Program-made: the position numbers and the translations under genes
Shown here: in pieces, positions 16,926 through 25,950 of the stretch
Position numbering within the stretch: the first letter of the stretch is position 1
How the letters are laid out: each line of letters begins with the position of its first letter
The notes under the pieces: generated by a model
Told to the model about the DNA's origin: nothing
The model's input: the letters and a program-made list of their open reading frames with translations, nothing else
Databases searched by the model: none
Source: Eubacteriales bacterium
GTDB lineage: Bacteria > Bacillota > Clostridia > Oscillospirales > CAG-272
DNA: 54,311 bases
Reading direction: 5' to 3'
Assembly (NCBI GenBank): GCA_045594445.1
Contig: JAZNYL010000020.1
Span: 1 to 54,311, forward strand

Positions 16926-18392
16926 TTGGCAGAAAAAATCGTAAGAGAGAATAAAATGGGCACCATGCCCGTCACGCGTTTGCTTTTGAATATGTCGTTG
17001 CCCATGATCGCATCCATGCTGGTGCAGGCGTTTTACAACGTGGTGGACACCATGTTCGTGTCCTATATCCCGTACGAGGGCGACGGTGCGTCTCCCGCAG
17101 TGGCGGCACTGAGCATTGCCTTTATCGTACAGAATTTGCAAATTGCCGTAGGCGTGGGCACGGGCGTTGGCGTCAATGCGCTGATCTCGCAAAATCTGGG
17201 CAAAAGGGATTTTAAAACCGCAAACGCCATTGCGGCCAACGGCATGTTTTTGGCTGCCTGCAGCTACGTGCTGTTTTTGCTGCTGGGCATTTTTGCGGTC
17301 AAGCCGTTCATGCAGCTCATGAACCAATCTGACCCCGCCGTGGTTGAGGCAGGCGTGACGTATCTGTCCATTTGCCTGATCTTCTCGTTTGGCTCGTGCG
17401 CGCAGCTCATGATTGAAAAGCTGATGCAGTCCTCGGGACGCACCATGCTCTCCATGTATACGCAAGGCCTTGGCGCCATTATCAATATCTTGCTGGACCC
17501 GTTTTTTATTCTGGAGGGCGGCACGCCCTTGTTCGGCGGTGCGATCACCATGCCCTTTGGCCTCGGTCTTGGCGTTGCGGGCGCTGCCATTGCCACCGTG
17601 TTGGGCCAGATCGCGTCTGCAATCTTCGGTATCATCATCAACCACAAGCTCAATCGCGACGTTCACCTGACCTTCCGGGGCTTCAAGCCGGACTGGAGAC
17701 TGATCAAGGAGATCTACGTGATCGGCGTGCCTTCCATTATCATGGGCTCGATCGGTTCTGTTATGACGGGCGGACTCAATCTGATCTTCAACGGCTTTGG
17801 TGCCATGACCACTGCCGCGCAGAACGTCATGGGTATTTATTTCAAGCTGCAGAGCTTTGTGTTCATGCCTGTGTTCGGTCTCAATAACGGTCTGATCCCC
17901 ATCGTGGGCTATAACTACGGTGCACAGAAGCGAAAGAGAATTGTACGTGTGGCCATCGTGTCCTGTGCGTTTGCCGTGACCTTTATGACCGTCGGCCTTG
18001 TACTGATGCAGGTGATCCCGGATAAGATGCTGGCTATTTTCAACGTGGCCGAGAGCGCGCCCGAAATGCGCATCGGGGTGCAGGCGCTGCGCACCATTTC
18101 GCTCAGCTTTATCTTTGCAGGCGTGTCCATCACCATAGGCGGCGTGTTCAGCGCGTTCGGCAAGAGCCTGTTTTCCATGTTCGTTTCGATCGCGCGTCAG
18201 ATGGTGGTGCTTTTGCCCGTGGCGTTTTTGCTGGCGCAAACCGAGGACGGCCTGATGGCTATCTGGTGGGCGTTCCCCATCGCCGAGGTGATGTCCATAC
18301 TGGTAAGCGTGGTATTTCTGCTGATTTTGTGGAACAAAACCATCAAAAAGCTGCCGGATGACGGCCCCGTGGTCCGCGTGGAAGATATGTAA
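16926..18392 (+). CDS. MATE-family efflux transporter
   Basis: MSLPMIASMLVQAFYNVVDT, NILLDPFFI, GVAGAAIATV, GYNYGA; about 12 TM. Confidence 0.93.
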   Translation: MAEKIVRENKMGTMPVTRLLLNMSLPMIASMLVQAFYNVVDTMFVSYIPYEGDGASPAVAALSIAFIVQNLQIAVGVGTGVGVNALISQNLGKRDFKTANAIAANGMFLAACSYVLFLLLGIFAVKPFMQLMNQSDPAVVEAGVTYLSICLIFSFGSCAQLMIEKLMQSSGRTMLSMYTQGLGAIINILLDPFFILEGGTPLFGGAITMPFGLGLGVAGAAIATVLGQIASAIFGIIINHKLNRDVHLTFRGFKPDWRLIKEIYVIGVPSIIMGSIGSVMTGGLNLIFNGFGAMTTAAQNVMGIYFKLQSFVFMPVFGLNNGLIPIVGYNYGAQKRKRIVRVAIVSCAFAVTFMTVGLVLMQVIPDKMLAIFNVAESAPEMRIGVQALRTISLSFIFAGVSITIGGVFSAFGKSLFSMFVSIARQMVVLLPVAFLLAQTEDGLMAIWWAFPIAEVMSILVSVVFLLILWNKTIKKLPDDGPVVRVEDM

Positions 18393-18435
18393 GTGGGAAA
18401 AAAGAGAAAAATCTTTTGAAATTTTCAAAAAACAC

Positions 18436-18465
18436 TTGACAATTTGCGCGTTTTGTGTTTATAAT
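18436..18465 (+). promoter_or_regulatory. sigma-A promoter of the rpmH operon
   Basis: TTGACA-18bp-TATAAT. Confidence 0.75.
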
Positions 18466-18547
18466 ATATGATGTCATTGTGTAAAAGCGAAAATGTCGGC
18501 TGTGAAACGATACGCTTCCGATATTGATCAGCAAGGAGGTGCCAAAC

Positions 18548-18682
18548 ATGCTTAGAACTTATCAACCTAAAAAGCGTCAGAGAAAGAAGGAGCACGGTTT
18601 CAGAAAGAGAATGAAGACCGCTGACGGCAGAAACGTTCTCAAGAGACGTCGTGCAAAGGGCAGAAAGAGACTGACATACTGA
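18548..18682 (+). CDS. rpmH: 50S ribosomal protein L34 (absent from the ORF track)
   Basis: Hand translation [44 protein letters not shown]; AAGGAGGT RBS. Confidence 0.98.
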   Translation: MLRTYQPKKRQRKKEHGFRKRMKTADGRNVLKRRRAKGRKRLTY

Positions 18683-18838
18683 TTTTCTACGGAAGATCAC
18701 ACATAAAAACCGCCGATGACCTACACATCACAGAATGAGTCATCGGGGTTTTTTTGCGAATAGCAGAATTAAACCATTAAAAAACTTACGGAAAAACGAT
18801 CGCCGCACAAAAGACACAAAGACAAGGGGGAATACAGG

Positions 18839-19228
18839 GTGAAGGAAACCGCAATTAAAGAAAATCACCTGTATCTGAAGGCATTCAGACAAGGCGGACG
18901 CTTTGTGGGCAGGACGGTTGCCGTCTACGTCCTCAAGGATTATGCTGCCAAGCGGCTGATGCTGGCACATCCCGAAAAGAAATACGTCAACAGACTGGGG
19001 CTTTCGGTCACCAAAAAGGTGGGTGGAGCGGTCGGACGCAACCGCGCCAAGCGCATTATCCGCGCGGCGTACAGGGAGCTGATCGGCAAAAAGCCGATCA
19101 AGACGGGATTTCTGATCGTGATCAGCGCAAAGCCCGAGATCGGGGGCAAGACCTCGAAAGAGGTGTATGCAGATCTGTCGCGCGCCATGCAAAAGCTGGA
19201 TATGTATGCTCAAAAGGAGCCCCGATGA
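18839..19228 (+). CDS. rnpA: Ribonuclease P protein component
   Basis: RLGLSVTKKVGGAVGRNRAKRIIR; synteny with rpmH. Confidence 0.96.
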   Translation: MKETAIKENHLYLKAFRQGGRFVGRTVAVYVLKDYAAKRLMLAHPEKKYVNRLGLSVTKKVGGAVGRNRAKRIIRAAYRELIGKKPIKTGFLIVISAKPEIGGKTSKEVYADLSRAMQKLDMYAQKEPR

Positions 19229-19521
19229 ATTATTTATGCAGATTACTCATTCGCTTTTACAGAAAATTTTTATCCCCGCTCAAGCCGCATCCCACGTGTA
19301 GGTTTACGCCTACGTGTTCCGCCTACGCTCTTGAAGCGTATACACATCGTGGCTTTGTCGCAGCCTCGCTCTTGACGGCGTGGAGAATTCTGCGGTGCAA
19401 TCCGTGTTGCCCTGCAGGATACGATCCCGTGCCTATGACGGGCTTTAAGACTATGGGATGGCGGTACAAAAAACCGAAAAAATCTGAGGGAGATAGTAGT
19501 GACGACGAGTTTGGTCTGTGA
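19225..19521 (+). CDS. yidD: Membrane protein insertion efficiency factor
   Basis: CRFTPTCSAYA...RILRCNP...GYDPVP. Confidence 0.95.
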   Translation: MNYLCRLLIRFYRKFLSPLKPHPTCRFTPTCSAYALEAYTHRGFVAASLLTAWRILRCNPCCPAGYDPVPMTGFKTMGWRYKKPKKSEGDSSDDEFGL

Positions 19522-19648
19522 CCGAACGGCCCCCGCTTTGCCGGATTCCCGCAAGGTATGTGGGCGAAATATCCCTAAAGAAGGCGAGAAGCCTTCACAA
19601 ATACGTGAGAGGAATTCTTTACCCTTTGAGGTTAAAGAGAGGAAAAAC

Positions 19649-21424
19649 ATGACTATGAACAATCGAGACGTTAAGTCTGTGTTTGTAAAACTGATTGCCG
19701 GCCTGATGCTGGCGTTCGTATTGGTCAGCGTTGCAGCTCCCGTTGCGTTTGCAGAAGAAACCACCACAGAGCAGAGCACCGAGGCCGAGACCTCTGCTCC
19801 CGAAGCATCCGAGTCCACCTCGGCTCTTTCCAAGGACTTGATCGGCGATCTTGGCACCATGCTGGTTGCCAACGATGCAGCCCGCCAGCTTTTCCTGGCT
19901 GCCTGCGGCTATAACGCCCAGGGCGCTTATCTGAAGTATAAGGGCGGCTACCTCAACGACAAGGGCGACTTTGCCTTTGACAGCACGCTGAGCATTGAGG
20001 AAGGCTACGAGGTGATCGAGAGCTGGGACGAAGCAAAGGTTTACGCGCTGGAGATCCTGCGCGATGCCTCCAAGAACGCCAAAAAGGAGGTCGCCGTTCC
20101 CGACAGCCTGACCGAGGCAGATGCCAAGGCCATCATCGAGATCATGCAGACCGAGATCGATCTGGAAAACAACGGTAACTTCTTAGATGCCATTCTGCGC
20201 GCTATCGGCTTTGCGCTCAACTGGGCAACCAAGTATCTGACCTTCGGTACCAACAACTATATTCTGTCTCTTTTGTATTTTGGTCTGGTAGTGGAAATTC
20301 TCATGCTGCCCTTTGCAATCTCGCAGCAGAAGAACATGATCAAGCAGGCAAAGCTGCGTCCCAAGGAAATGGCGATCCGCAAGCGTTATGCCGGCAGAAA
20401 CGACCAGGCAACCATGCAAAAGGTCAATCAGGAGATCCAGGAGCTGTACCAGAAGGAGAATTACAACCCCATGAGCGGTTGTCTGCCTCTGCTGATCCAG
20501 CTGCCCGTGGTCATGGCACTGTACTACGTGGTCATTGACCCCGCGTTCTACGTGCTCGGACAGGCTAAGGCATTTTCTTCTGCCATTGCGCAGTATTTTA
20601 CCACCTCGGCAGCAGCGGGCGGCTTTGGCGGCACGCTGAATTCTGACAGAGGTACCATTGAGATCCTTTCCAAGCTCGGCGAGCAGGGTATTGATGCTTT
20701 TGAGAGCCTGAAGAGCTTTGCATACTTCTCCAATGCAGAGGAGTGCTTTGACGCACTGCAGGAGATCGTTACCGCAGGCATCCCCAGCTTCAGCATCGGT
20801 AGCTGGAACATGGGTCTGACCCCCTGGTCGGCTGTCACAAGCGGCGGCGAATTCTTTGCAGGCCACTGGTGGCTGCTGCTCGTACCCGTGCTGACCTTCG
20901 TGGTCTACTTCGGCTCCATGAAGATCAACAGAAAGCTGACCTACCAGCCCACCACCGCAGCAAACGACAAGGCAACCGGCTGCTCCAACAGCATGATGGA
21001 CTTCATGATGCCCCTGATGTCGGTTTATATCGCGTTCATCGTGCCCGCAGCAGTTGGCATTTACTGGATGTTCAAGAGCGTGCTTGGTACGCTCAAGCAG
21101 CTGATTATGAAGAAGGCAATGCCTCTGCCCACCTTCACGGATGCAGATTACAAGGCAGCCGAGAAGGAGCTGTACGGCAAGAATCCCAAGCCGCCTAAGG
21201 CAGCAAGCAGCGGCACCAGAAATCCCAACGTCAGATCGTTGCACCACATTGACGACGATGAATACGACGCAAAGGGTAATTATATCGGTCGCCCCGAAAC
21301 CACCGAGGCAGAGGGTGAGAAGGCTGAGAACAAGAACCAAAAGGCACCTGCAATGGCAGAGCCGCTCAAGGACGAGTCGGATAAGAACGAGAAGAACGAC
21401 GTATCCGATGATCAAAATTCATAA
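19649..21424 (+). CDS. yidC: YidC/Oxa1 membrane protein insertase with long N-terminal extension
   Basis: LMLPFAISQQK, QELYQKENYNPMSGCLPLLIQLP, PAAVGIYW. Start ATG 19649 (GAGAGG RBS). Confidence 0.93.
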   Translation: MTMNNRDVKSVFVKLIAGLMLAFVLVSVAAPVAFAEETTTEQSTEAETSAPEASESTSALSKDLIGDLGTMLVANDAARQLFLAACGYNAQGAYLKYKGGYLNDKGDFAFDSTLSIEEGYEVIESWDEAKVYALEILRDASKNAKKEVAVPDSLTEADAKAIIEIMQTEIDLENNGNFLDAILRAIGFALNWATKYLTFGTNNYILSLLYFGLVVEILMLPFAISQQKNMIKQAKLRPKEMAIRKRYAGRNDQATMQKVNQEIQELYQKENYNPMSGCLPLLIQLPVVMALYYVVIDPAFYVLGQAKAFSSAIAQYFTTSAAAGGFGGTLNSDRGTIEILSKLGEQGIDAFESLKSFAYFSNAEECFDALQEIVTAGIPSFSIGSWNMGLTPWSAVTSGGEFFAGHWWLLLVPVLTFVVYFGSMKINRKLTYQPTTAANDKATGCSNSMMDFMMPLMSVYIAFIVPAAVGIYWMFKSVLGTLKQLIMKKAMPLPTFTDADYKAAEKELYGKNPKPPKAASSGTRNPNVRSLHHIDDDEYDAKGNYIGRPETTEAEGEKAENKNQKAPAMAEPLKDESDKNEKNDVSDDQNS

Positions 21425-21445
21425 GACTGACAAGAGGATATAATT

Positions 21446-22138
21446 GTGAGAAAAGAAACTGTTGTAAGCGCAAAGACCATAGAAGAGGCCGTTGCAAAGG
21501 CAGTGGCCGAGCTTGGTGCCGGCAGCGCAGAAGAGATTGAATATACCGTTCTGGAGGAGCCCAAAAAGGGCTTGTTCGGCATCGGTGCAGTTCCCGCAAA
21601 GATCAGTGCAAGCTACACCCTGGGCGGTGAATATCTGGCTCTGGAATTTTTGCAGAAGCTGGTTGCCAACATGCAGCTGGATCTGAAGGTTACCCTGAGT
21701 GACGGCAACAACGACGATAAGGTCATCAATATTGACGGTGAGAACGCAGGCGTTCTGATCGGACACCACGGTGACACGCTGGATACTCTGCAGAATCTGG
21801 CAAACCTGGCTGCCAACAAGAAGGAAGAGGGCGTCAAGAGAGAATACGTCAAGATTACTGTTGACGTTGAGGGCTACCGCGCAAAGCGCGAGATGACTCT
21901 GCGTGCTCTGGCAAGAAGAATGGCAGATAAGGTACTCAAGTACAAGAAGAGCGTTATGCTCGAGCCCATGAATCCTTACGAGAGAAGAATCATTCACTCC
22001 GAGATTCAGCACATTGAGGGCGTTTCCACCAACTCGATCGGCTCGGAAAACAACCGTAAGATCGTGATCTACCTGGAGGAAAAGCAGCCCAAGAAGGGCA
22101 AGGGCGAGGAGTTCGCATCCTTTAGCGAAGAGTATTGA
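21446..22138 (+). CDS. jag: Jag/EloR (KhpB) RNA-binding protein
   Basis: Jag_N (KKGLFGIG), KH (GVLIGHHGDTLD), R3H (MNPYERRIIH). Confidence 0.95.
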   Translation: MRKETVVSAKTIEEAVAKAVAELGAGSAEEIEYTVLEEPKKGLFGIGAVPAKISASYTLGGEYLALEFLQKLVANMQLDLKVTLSDGNNDDKVINIDGENAGVLIGHHGDTLDTLQNLANLAANKKEEGVKREYVKITVDVEGYRAKREMTLRALARRMADKVLKYKKSVMLEPMNPYERRIIHSEIQHIEGVSTNSIGSENNRKIVIYLEEKQPKKGKGEEFASFSEEY

Positions 22139-22156
22139 TACAATATTGATAAAAAG

Positions 22157-22191
22157 AAAACCACCGCGACGAAACGTCGCGGTGGTTTTTT
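22157..22191 (+). terminator. Rho-independent terminator
   Basis: AAAACCACCGCGACG-AAA-CGTCGCGGTGGTTTTTT. Confidence 0.9.
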
Positions 22192-22285
22192 GTAGGGTAG
22201 GCTTGCTTTCGCCGCATCACCCTCCTGCTTGTAGGGGCTGACGTCCTTGACAGCCCGCCCTGTAGGGCAGGGGCTTGCTCCTGCC
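22192..22285 (+). repeat. Three tandem GTAG-type REP hairpins
   Basis: GTAGGG at 22192, 22231 and 22262, each followed by a GC-rich stem (the first is degenerate). Confidence 0.7.
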
Positions 22286-22300
22286 GTGGGAAGGTCACGT

Positions 22301-22429
22301 GCGTAAGGGACTCAGAACCCATATTTGCGCCAAAAGGCGCAGAAGCTCCTTGGGTAACCTGCGCAAATCTGCATATCGCGTCGCATAAGCGACGCTTATG
22401 CGGGGGTTCTGAGTTGTGAAGCGGCGGAA
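22301..22429 (-). repeat. Structured element ending in a duplicate of the tRNA-Arg T-arm/3' region
   Basis: GCGTAAGGGACTCAGAACCC (22301-22320) vs tRNA GCGTAAGGGACTC-GAACCC (22480-22498); 22311-22320 pairs with 22404-22413. Confidence 0.65.
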
Positions 22430-22472
22430 AGAAAAAGGATAGGGAGTCCTAAGGACTCCCTATCCTTTTTCT
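22430..22472 (-). terminator. tRNA terminator (perfect 21-bp-arm palindrome)
   Basis: AGAAAAAGGATAGGGAGTCCT-A-AGGACTCCCTATCCTTTTTCT. Confidence 0.85.
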
Positions 22473-22549
22473 TGGCGCGGCGTAAGGGACTCGAACCCCC
22501 GACCTTTTGGTTCGTAGCCAAACACTCTATCCAGCTGAGCTAACGCCGC
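22473..22549 (-). tRNA. tRNA-Arg (anticodon ACG)
   Basis: GCGGCGTTAGCTCAGCTGGATAGAGTGTTTGGCTACGAACCAAAAGGTCGGGGGTTCGAGTCCCTTACGCCGCGCCA; cloverleaf with encoded CCA; promoter TTGACA-18-TATGAT at 22606-22577. Confidence 0.97.
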
Positions 22550-22737
22550 AAGCCATACGCTTTCGCGTACCCATATATCATAGCACAAGCAACGGGTGTT
22601 TGTCAAGTACTTTTCTTCAAAAAAACTTGAAAAAATTGCACAAAAATCGGAGCCAAACTTCGTGATTTCCTCGCCTTGTCAACCATTTGATTTTATGTTA
22701 TACTGAAAAAAACGCTTTGCATGCAAGGAGGAATCCT

Positions 22738-23541
22738 ATGAATATCAATGATTTTTACGCAACACCTGACGAAAAGCCGCTGGATCGCCTGGTCAATGAC
22801 GGTGGATTCGTGGGCATTTTCCGCACCATCGGTTGCATTGGTGACAGTCTTTCCTCGGGAGAACTGGAATCCATGACCGAGGATGGCCAGCGCGGCTACC
22901 ACGATCTTTACGACATCTCCTGGGGGCAATTCATCGCGCGCATGGCAGGCACCAAGGTATATAATTTCTCCCGCGGCGGCATGACCGCGCGCGAATATCT
23001 GCAATCCTTTGGCGAGGCCAACGGCTTCTGGAATCCGGAGCTTGCTTGTCAGTGCTATATTATGGCGCTGGGCTGCAACGATCTGTGGGGACTTGGTTTA
23101 CCCGTCGGCTCGGTGGAGGACATCAACCGCGAGGACTACACCAAAAACGCGCCCACCTTTGCAGGTGAGTTTGCTGCCGTGATGCAGAGATACAAGCAGA
23201 TCCAGCCCAAGGCGAAGTTCTTCCTTGTCACCATGCCGAAGACGCCTCACCATGGCGCAGAAGCTGAGGCAAAGGCAGACGCACAGCAGAAATTGATGTA
23301 CGATCTGGCAGAGTATTTTGACAACACCTACGTGATCGACCTGCGCGAGTACGGCCCCGTGTACGACCAGAAATTCTACGATCATTTCTGGATCGGCGGC
23401 CACCTCAACGCGCAAGGATACTTGCTGACCGCACGTATGATCGTTTCTTATATGGACTACATTATTCGCCACAATCCCGAGGATTTCCGCCAGGTCGGAT
23501 TTATCGGTACGGGGCATTACTTCCACGGACTGAAGTGGTAA
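22738..23541 (+). CDS. SGNH/GDSL hydrolase (esterase)
   Basis: IGDSLSSG (block I), RGG, LGCND, GGHLNAQGY. Start ATG 22738 (AAGGAGG RBS). Confidence 0.85.
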   Translation: MNINDFYATPDEKPLDRLVNDGGFVGIFRTIGCIGDSLSSGELESMTEDGQRGYHDLYDISWGQFIARMAGTKVYNFSRGGMTAREYLQSFGEANGFWNPELACQCYIMALGCNDLWGLGLPVGSVEDINREDYTKNAPTFAGEFAAVMQRYKQIQPKAKFFLVTMPKTPHHGAEAEAKADAQQKLMYDLAEYFDNTYVIDLREYGPVYDQKFYDHFWIGGHLNAQGYLLTARMIVSYMDYIIRHNPEDFRQVGFIGTGHYFHGLKW

Positions 23542-23562
23542 TTGCGTGAAAGGAGATCCTGA

Positions 23563-25404
23563 ATGAAAAAAACACTGTCAATGCTTTTGGCGATGCTGAT
23601 GCCGTTCGGCTGCCTTGCGGCTTGCGCGCCCGCGGTTGATCCCGGTCCTCAAACCGAGCCCGAGATTACGACCGAACCTAAGATTACGACCGAGCCCGAG
23701 CAGACCGCCGAGCCCGAAGAGACTGTGCCGGACACCGGCTATCCCGTGGATCTGTTTGAGATCGGCGGAGTGGCGTTTTCCGAGTTCTCTTTGTTCGTGC
23801 AGCCGGATGCTGCCGAGGGCATTACCCTGGTGGTGAACTATCTGCTTAAGTATGCCGAAGAGGCAACGGGGCACAAGCTGACCGTGACCGATGACGCATC
23901 GACCGAGCATCTGATCGTGATCGGCAAGACTGATCTTGACACCGAAGGCATCAAGAACGCGCGCTCTCAGATCAAGAACGACGGCTACGCGATCTTAGAG
24001 GAGGGCGGAAAGCTGTTTATTACGGGCAAAGACACTTCGGGAACCGTGTACGGCGTGGTCACTTTTATGGAGAATTACCTTGGTGTGCGCTATTATGCCA
24101 CCGACTTTATCCACGTTCGTGACAATCCCGTCGTGCGCATTCCTGCGGATTATTGCGAGGTTTACAGCCCCGCTTTCCTGATGCGCGATACCTTTTGGCA
24201 CGACGTCAGCCAGAATCAGGAGCATGCCATCTGGCTCAAGGATAACAGCGGCTACCTGCCTGAGATGGAGGGCGGTATCAGCTATGCGGGTCCGTTCGTG
24301 CATACGCTGGGTGAGCTGTCGGGCGGAACGCACGAGGTGGGCAAGCAGCCCTGTCTGACTGATGAGACGGTATATCGCATCGTGCTTCGCAACGTCAAGA
24401 CCTGGCTGCGCAACAATCCGTATGCCAAGATCATCTCTGTCTCGCAGAACGACTCTGCCGCCCAGCATCTCGGCTGCCAATGCGAGAACTGCAAGGCGAT
24501 CGATGAGCGTGAAGGCACGCCCATGGGCTCGCTACTGACCTTTGTCAACCGCATCGCAAACGATATCAAGGAAGAATTCCCGGACGTTTACGTGGACACG
24601 CTTGCGTATCGCTATACCCGCAAGGCACCCAAGACCATCAAGCCTGCGGACAACGTCATCATCCGTCTTTGCTCGATTGAGTGCTGCTTCGGCCATCCTC
24701 TGTCGGACGAGAGTTGTGCGCACAACATCGAGTTCAAGAAGGATATCGAGGAGTGGAGCGCGATTTGCGATAACCTCTATATCTGGGACTATACCACCAA
24801 CTTTATGACCTATCTCTCCCCGTTCCCCAACCTGGGCGTGCTGCGTGAGAACGTCAAGTTCTATAAGGATCACCACGTCATCGGTATGTTCGAGCAGGGC
24901 AACTATCAGTCCACCTCGGGCGAATTCGGTGAGCTGCGCGCTTACCTGATTGCAAAGCTGCTCTGGAATCCCGACATGAGCGAGGAGGAGTACAACCGCC
25001 ACATGAACGAGTTCCTGGAGGACTACTACGGTGCGGGCTGGCGGCATATCCGCGCGTATATCGACATGACCACCGAGGCTGCAGCCAAGTGCGAGGTCGG
25101 TATTTACGATACGGTCAGACACATGATGCAGCAGGGCATGAGCAACGATGAAATGATCGCCTTTGGCGAGGACGTTGTGGACATGTGGGAAAAGGCGTAT
25201 GAGGAGGCTAATGCCGAGGTGCATAAGGCGCACGTGGAAAAGTCCATGGTGCAGGCGTATTTCGTCGGTCAGCTCAGAGGAAAGAACCGCAAGGAGTACG
25301 TCACCAGAATGTACGAGATCTGCGAAAAGTACGGTATCACGCATTTCCGCGAGGGTGCGCTCATTGATTTCTCACAGAAGGGCAAGCCGGGGTCACTCGG
25401 ATAA
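23563..25404 (+). CDS. DUF4838-like lipoprotein
   Basis: Lipobox LAAC; 18-bp TEPxxT repeats (~23653-23718); NDGY...GTVYGV GH20b-like N-domain; QPCLTD, SVSQND, CQCENC, TLAY, YIWDY, YLIAKLLWNP, YYG motifs. Confidence 0.78.
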   Translation: MKKTLSMLLAMLMPFGCLAACAPAVDPGPQTEPEITTEPKITTEPEQTAEPEETVPDTGYPVDLFEIGGVAFSEFSLFVQPDAAEGITLVVNYLLKYAEEATGHKLTVTDDASTEHLIVIGKTDLDTEGIKNARSQIKNDGYAILEEGGKLFITGKDTSGTVYGVVTFMENYLGVRYYATDFIHVRDNPVVRIPADYCEVYSPAFLMRDTFWHDVSQNQEHAIWLKDNSGYLPEMEGGISYAGPFVHTLGELSGGTHEVGKQPCLTDETVYRIVLRNVKTWLRNNPYAKIISVSQNDSAAQHLGCQCENCKAIDEREGTPMGSLLTFVNRIANDIKEEFPDVYVDTLAYRYTRKAPKTIKPADNVIIRLCSIECCFGHPLSDESCAHNIEFKKDIEEWSAICDNLYIWDYTTNFMTYLSPFPNLGVLRENVKFYKDHHVIGMFEQGNYQSTSGEFGELRAYLIAKLLWNPDMSEEEYNRHMNEFLEDYYGAGWRHIRAYIDMTTEAAAKCEVGIYDTVRHMMQQGMSNDEMIAFGEDVVDMWEKAYEEANAEVHKAHVEKSMVQAYFVGQLRGKNRKEYVTRMYEICEKYGITHFREGALIDFSQKGKPGSLG

Positions 25405-25433
25405 GCAGCAGAAAATCGCGATAAAAATAAACC

Positions 25434-25458
25434 GTAGGGCGGGGGCTTTGCTCCCGCC
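25434..25458 (+). repeat. GTAG-type REP
   Basis: GTAGGGCGGGGGCTTTGCTCCCGCC. Confidence 0.7.
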
Positions 25459-25475
25459 TTGCGAATTGTTAAAAA

Positions 25476-25815
25476 CAGCCCGATGGGGCTGCGAAATTAG
25501 CGGAAAAAGTGCAATATCCCTCGTGTCATCCTGAGCGAACAAACATCCCGGTGCGGATGTTTGTGAGTCGAACTTTCAAAAATCTGCAACAAATTGCTGA
25601 TTTTTGAAAGGCAAAACGTGGTACACGTTTTGAGGATTTACGAGGGTGGGTACGTTGCGCCCGTAGATATTTCGACTTCGCAAACAATACTCAATTGTTT
25701 GCTTCGCTCAGGATGACACGGGCGGGGTTGCGCATCATAAAAACCGAAAGCAGAATCCTTCATCAAAGACCTCTGCTTTCGTTTTTTTCGCTTATTTCTC
25801 AGCCCGATGGGGCTG
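25476..25815 (+). mobile_element. MITE/REP-like element, copy 2
   Basis: CAGCCCGATGGGGCTG at both ends; IR CGTGTCATCCTGAGCGAA 25522-25539 / 25703-25720; same internal hairpins as copy 1. Confidence 0.85.
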
Positions 25816-25950
25816 TTTTTCTTTTCGGAAAATTGTAAATTTTTTTCTTTGGATGTAGAAATTGTGCAGCATGCCCTCAAAGCCCTTGAAAAGTATAAAG
25901 AAAATATGCTATAATGTCTGTATATTGTTTTGAAAGGAAGTAAACCAAAT

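Noticed and set aside
22192-22285. Possible CRISPR mini-array
   Set aside because: The units share only GTAGGG, spacers are too short and irregular, and there are no cas genes; REP hairpins fit better.
23653-23718. 18-bp TEPxxT coding repeats as a phase-variation locus
   Set aside because: In-frame, degenerate linker repeats typical of lipoprotein tethers; unit changes would not shift the frame.
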